This document shows positions 62,831-64,000 of a DNA stretch of 64,000 bases, in pieces. Source of the stretch: Macrostomum lignano (Eukaryota). A model generated the notes under the pieces. The model worked only from the letters and a program-made list of their open reading frames with translations, did no database searches and was not told where the DNA came from. The first letter of the stretch is position 1. Every line of letters starts with the position of its first letter. The position numbers were made by a program, and so were the translations under genes. Where the stretch lies: the NCBI GenBank assembly GCA_002269645.1, contig NIVC01003089.1, positions 1 through 64,000 of the forward strand, in the 5' to 3' direction.

Positions 62831-63367
62831 CAGTAAGCTCTATAATAATCAAAACGAATAATTAAACTAAAAACAGCTGTGTACTTACAGGGTATAATAC
62901 AGGGGCCGCTTCGGCCTATAATTTATAAGAATGTACTATTAATAACATTGTTACAAAACTTGGAGAAATATTACAGAGTATTAAGAAGTTTATTTTGGCA
63001 AAAAACCTGTTTCATAGTTTTTAATACAAATAAACGAATTAACAAGATCGCAGTGAATTATTTGTAATAAACTGTACAGTATATCTGTTGGTTGTCGATT
63101 TTATCTCAAAGTCTCATATTTTGCCAGTAAGACATTTTTAATCAAGCTGGAAAACATTGCTTTAGCAATAGCAGCATGCGCTGGACAACAAATGAAAAGG
63201 TCTACTTGACATTCGCCAAGGATAGTTTGACTTGGATTAACAAGATTATATTCTATTGAAAATTTCCAACACTAGGAATGTTGCAATCTATCCTTGTGGT
63301 CGTTATTACGAGCTAATCATACTTTTTCAGAGTTGCTTCTAAGTGAAACAAACGGTCTTAGGTCGCA

Positions 63368-63750
63368 TGTTTACCATAGAAACCAAAATAGAGCCTTAGA
63401 TTTCCCATAGAAACCACAATTTATCCTTAGATTCCCCATAGGAACCACAACAGAGCCTTTAATTCCCCATAGCAACCACAATAGAGCCTTAAATTCCCCA
63501 TAGCAACCAAAACAGAGCTTTCAATTCACCATAGCAACCATAATACAGCCTTCATTTCCCCATAGCAACCACAACAGAGCCTTTAATTCCCCATAGCAAC
63601 CACAACAGAGCCTTCAATTCTCCATAGCAACCAAAATAGACCCTTAGATTCCCAATAGCAACCAAAATAGACACTTAGATTTCCCATAGCAACCACAATA
63701 GAGCCTTCAATTTCACCATAGCAACCACAATACTGCCTCAATTTCGCATA
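63368..63750. repeat. 31-bp minisatellite with CCATAGCAAC core, copy B
   Basis: About two more units than copy A. Confidence 0.9.
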
Positions 63751-63853
63751 GCAACCAAATGAACGCCCTAAATTCACTAAAGAAATCGGACTTATAAAAC
63801 AGTTCATTAACCAAGCACGCAGAGTTAATATATCTGTACATTTTATTCTCAAT

Positions 63854-64000
63854 TCAAACGAAAGAAGATGTAACCAAATTGAAGGACTTCGAACTTGGCT
63901 GTTTCTGCTGACTCTGCCTCTTAGCGGTGCGACCAATCCGATCCACAGCGCAAGGACTGCTAGTGAGAGACTGCGCCTGTTGTTGTTGCTGCTGCTGCTG
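63854..64000 (-). CDS. Same Gln-rich terminal exon, copy B (partial)
   Basis: Near-identical to 58325-58471 (offset 5529); one visible G/S substitution. Confidence 0.55.
   Translation of the reverse strand, partial: QQQQQQQQAQSLTSSPCAVDRIGRTAKRQSQQKQPSSKSFNLVTSSFV

Overview
Eukaryotic (animal) genomic DNA. It is extremely rich in tandem repeats, and every gene I could reconstruct is on the minus strand. The style resembles a free-living flatworm such as Macrostomum, but that is inference only. (1) A neurofibromin (NF1) orthologue spans 40240 to 5220 in 28 exons, assembled by hand with consistent GT-AG phases (about 2,630 aa). It appears to stop before the conserved C-terminal segment, and it has candidate extra or alternative exons. 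(2) A PKA/AGC-like kinase or pseudokinase starts at 3438 and runs off the left edge. Its last three visible exons carry nine single-base homopolymer frameshifts. (3) A two-exon DEG/ENaC channel (46646 to 43722, about 587 aa) has altered HG and GxS motifs. (4) A tandem segmental duplication of about 5.5 kb period (55.3-58.5 kb vs 60.0-64.0 kb) is bounded by (GATA)n arrays and carries a polyQ terminal exon of an unidentified gene. About 45 mini- and microsatellite arrays are present, and 21 of the 27 NF1 introns carry their own array. I found no tRNA, rRNA, CRISPR array or intact transposon. Most long ORFs in the supplied track are repeat artefacts. All homology calls are from memory of the protein families, not from database searches.
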